A stretch of 64,000 nt of DNA from positions 1,302,001 through 1,366,000 of the forward strand of contig NC_135769.1 in assembly GCF_052425735.1 (NCBI RefSeq). Reading direction: 5' to 3'. Position 1 is the first letter of the stretch, and each line of letters starts with the position of its first letter. The translations under genes were made by a program, and so were the position numbers. Origin of the DNA: Oculina patagonica (taxonomy: Eukaryota). The notes under the pieces are model-generated. The model had not been told where the DNA came from, made no database searches, and was given only the letters and a program-made list of their open reading frames with translations. Positions 62,919-64,000 of this stretch are shown here, one piece after another.

Positions 62919-63644
62919 ATGATGAAGGCCAGTGAAGTCGTCACCGTATTCCTGTTGGTGAATTTATGCGGAGTTAGATTGGATTCACGGTCGACGTGTT
63001 CTGAAGACCACAAATGCTCTAACTCGCAAATATGTTGCGGTAACTTTTGCGTCGATGACTCGAAAGTCTGCAAAATCGAGTGTCAGAAACAGGCGGATTG
63101 TGATAGCTTGGGCAACGCTGAATGTGTCGACGGCTTCTGTGAGTGTATCGAGGCATCTTCTTGTTCTAACACGTCGATATTGCATGATGGATTCCGGTGG
63201 AATCAACCTTGCAAAGAGGATTTCGATTGTACTCAAAATACGAAATGTCGCAACAGAACTTGCGTTGTAAGTAAGGAAAAACCGGAAAGATTGCCGCTTA
63301 ATCCCGCGCTTCTGGCCATTGTAACGATCATCAGTGTGTTAATGTTTTCTTGCCTTTTCTGCTGTTGTTTGAGCCGAATGAAAAGTGAAAGAAATTCAAT
63401 GAAAACACGAGTGGCTAAGGGAAAATTAAAAGCTCGCGTAGAGAGCAGCGAAGGCGAGAACGGAGGAAAAGCCGCTTCTCTTCCGCTAATAAATGCTGGA
63501 AGTCATGTTTCCTCGGCTGCTGCTGAGAAAAATACAATGACCCTGAATAAAGAGGAGGAAGAACTTATTTCCGTTCTTATAAATGGCCCTGGATTGCCTC
63601 CGATTCGCGAGGAAGACGAAGACGACGACACGGATAAAGATTAG
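62919..63644 (+). CDS. Type I single-pass protein with 16-Cys ectodomain, CxxCCC and acidic LxxIxE tail
   Basis: Signal peptide; CSEDHKC..CC..CQKQADC..CKEDFDC modules like those of the 57005 protein; TM ending SCLFCCC; tail ends LPPIREEDEDDDTDKD; no PY motif. Confidence 0.88.
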   Translation: MMKASEVVTVFLLVNLCGVRLDSRSTCSEDHKCSNSQICCGNFCVDDSKVCKIECQKQADCDSLGNAECVDGFCECIEASSCSNTSILHDGFRWNQPCKEDFDCTQNTKCRNRTCVVSKEKPERLPLNPALLAIVTIISVLMFSCLFCCCLSRMKSERNSMKTRVAKGKLKARVESSEGENGGKAASLPLINAGSHVSSAAAEKNTMTLNKEEEELISVLINGPGLPPIREEDEDDDTDKD

Positions 63645-64000
63645 AAGATGAAAACAGCTGTGTTTACTTGGCTTGTGAAAAATAATTATTGTGCCGTCAT
63701 AAAGAAGTGAAAACTCACTTGATTTGTTGCCTTCAACGGTAAAATGCAGTTAGCGTCGAAGTAAAGCAGTAAACAGACAAATTCGAGAGTTTTCAGGCGT
63801 AGAATTCGAAAAATCCGAAAGTTTCCGTGTGGTTTATCACGTTGCTGATTAAAACTCGCACTGTTGGTTAATAACGCAGCTTTTTTGCCTGCGGTTAAAA
63901 AGAATGGATTTGTCAAACCACCGAACCAAAGTTGGAGATCGTAAGTTATAATGCCGCTTTTTAATCAATTCTTTGACCACCGAGTACTTCAAAAGCTGTC

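Overview
Eukaryotic genomic DNA, AT-rich and dense in MITE/SINE repeats. The repeat families and gene content suggest a cnidarian, probably a stony coral (inference). Left to right: (1) the 5' end of a Ty3/Gypsy-type LTR retrotransposon on the minus strand, with gag running off the window and an extra upstream ORF. (2) A 3-exon TMEM151-like membrane-protein gene with an unusual secreted-type ectodomain (two beta-type repeats, EGF, CCP-like) and a 1-nt frameshift. (3) Seven phase-compatible exons missed by the ORF track that encode the N-terminus of a MYRF-like transcription factor, cut off by a 500-N gap. (4) After the gap, a ~36-kb co-oriented array of at least 8 small, highly divergent single-pass membrane-protein genes with intronless CDS. 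Their Cys-rich ectodomains range from none to 16 Cys, most have juxtamembrane Cys, and their disordered tails carry tandem PPxY motifs (two with ITAM-like spacing) or an LxxIxE motif. An acidic disordered ORF bracketed by inverted repeats lies inside the array. The array is the best candidate for an undescribed receptor/ubiquitin-adaptor system.
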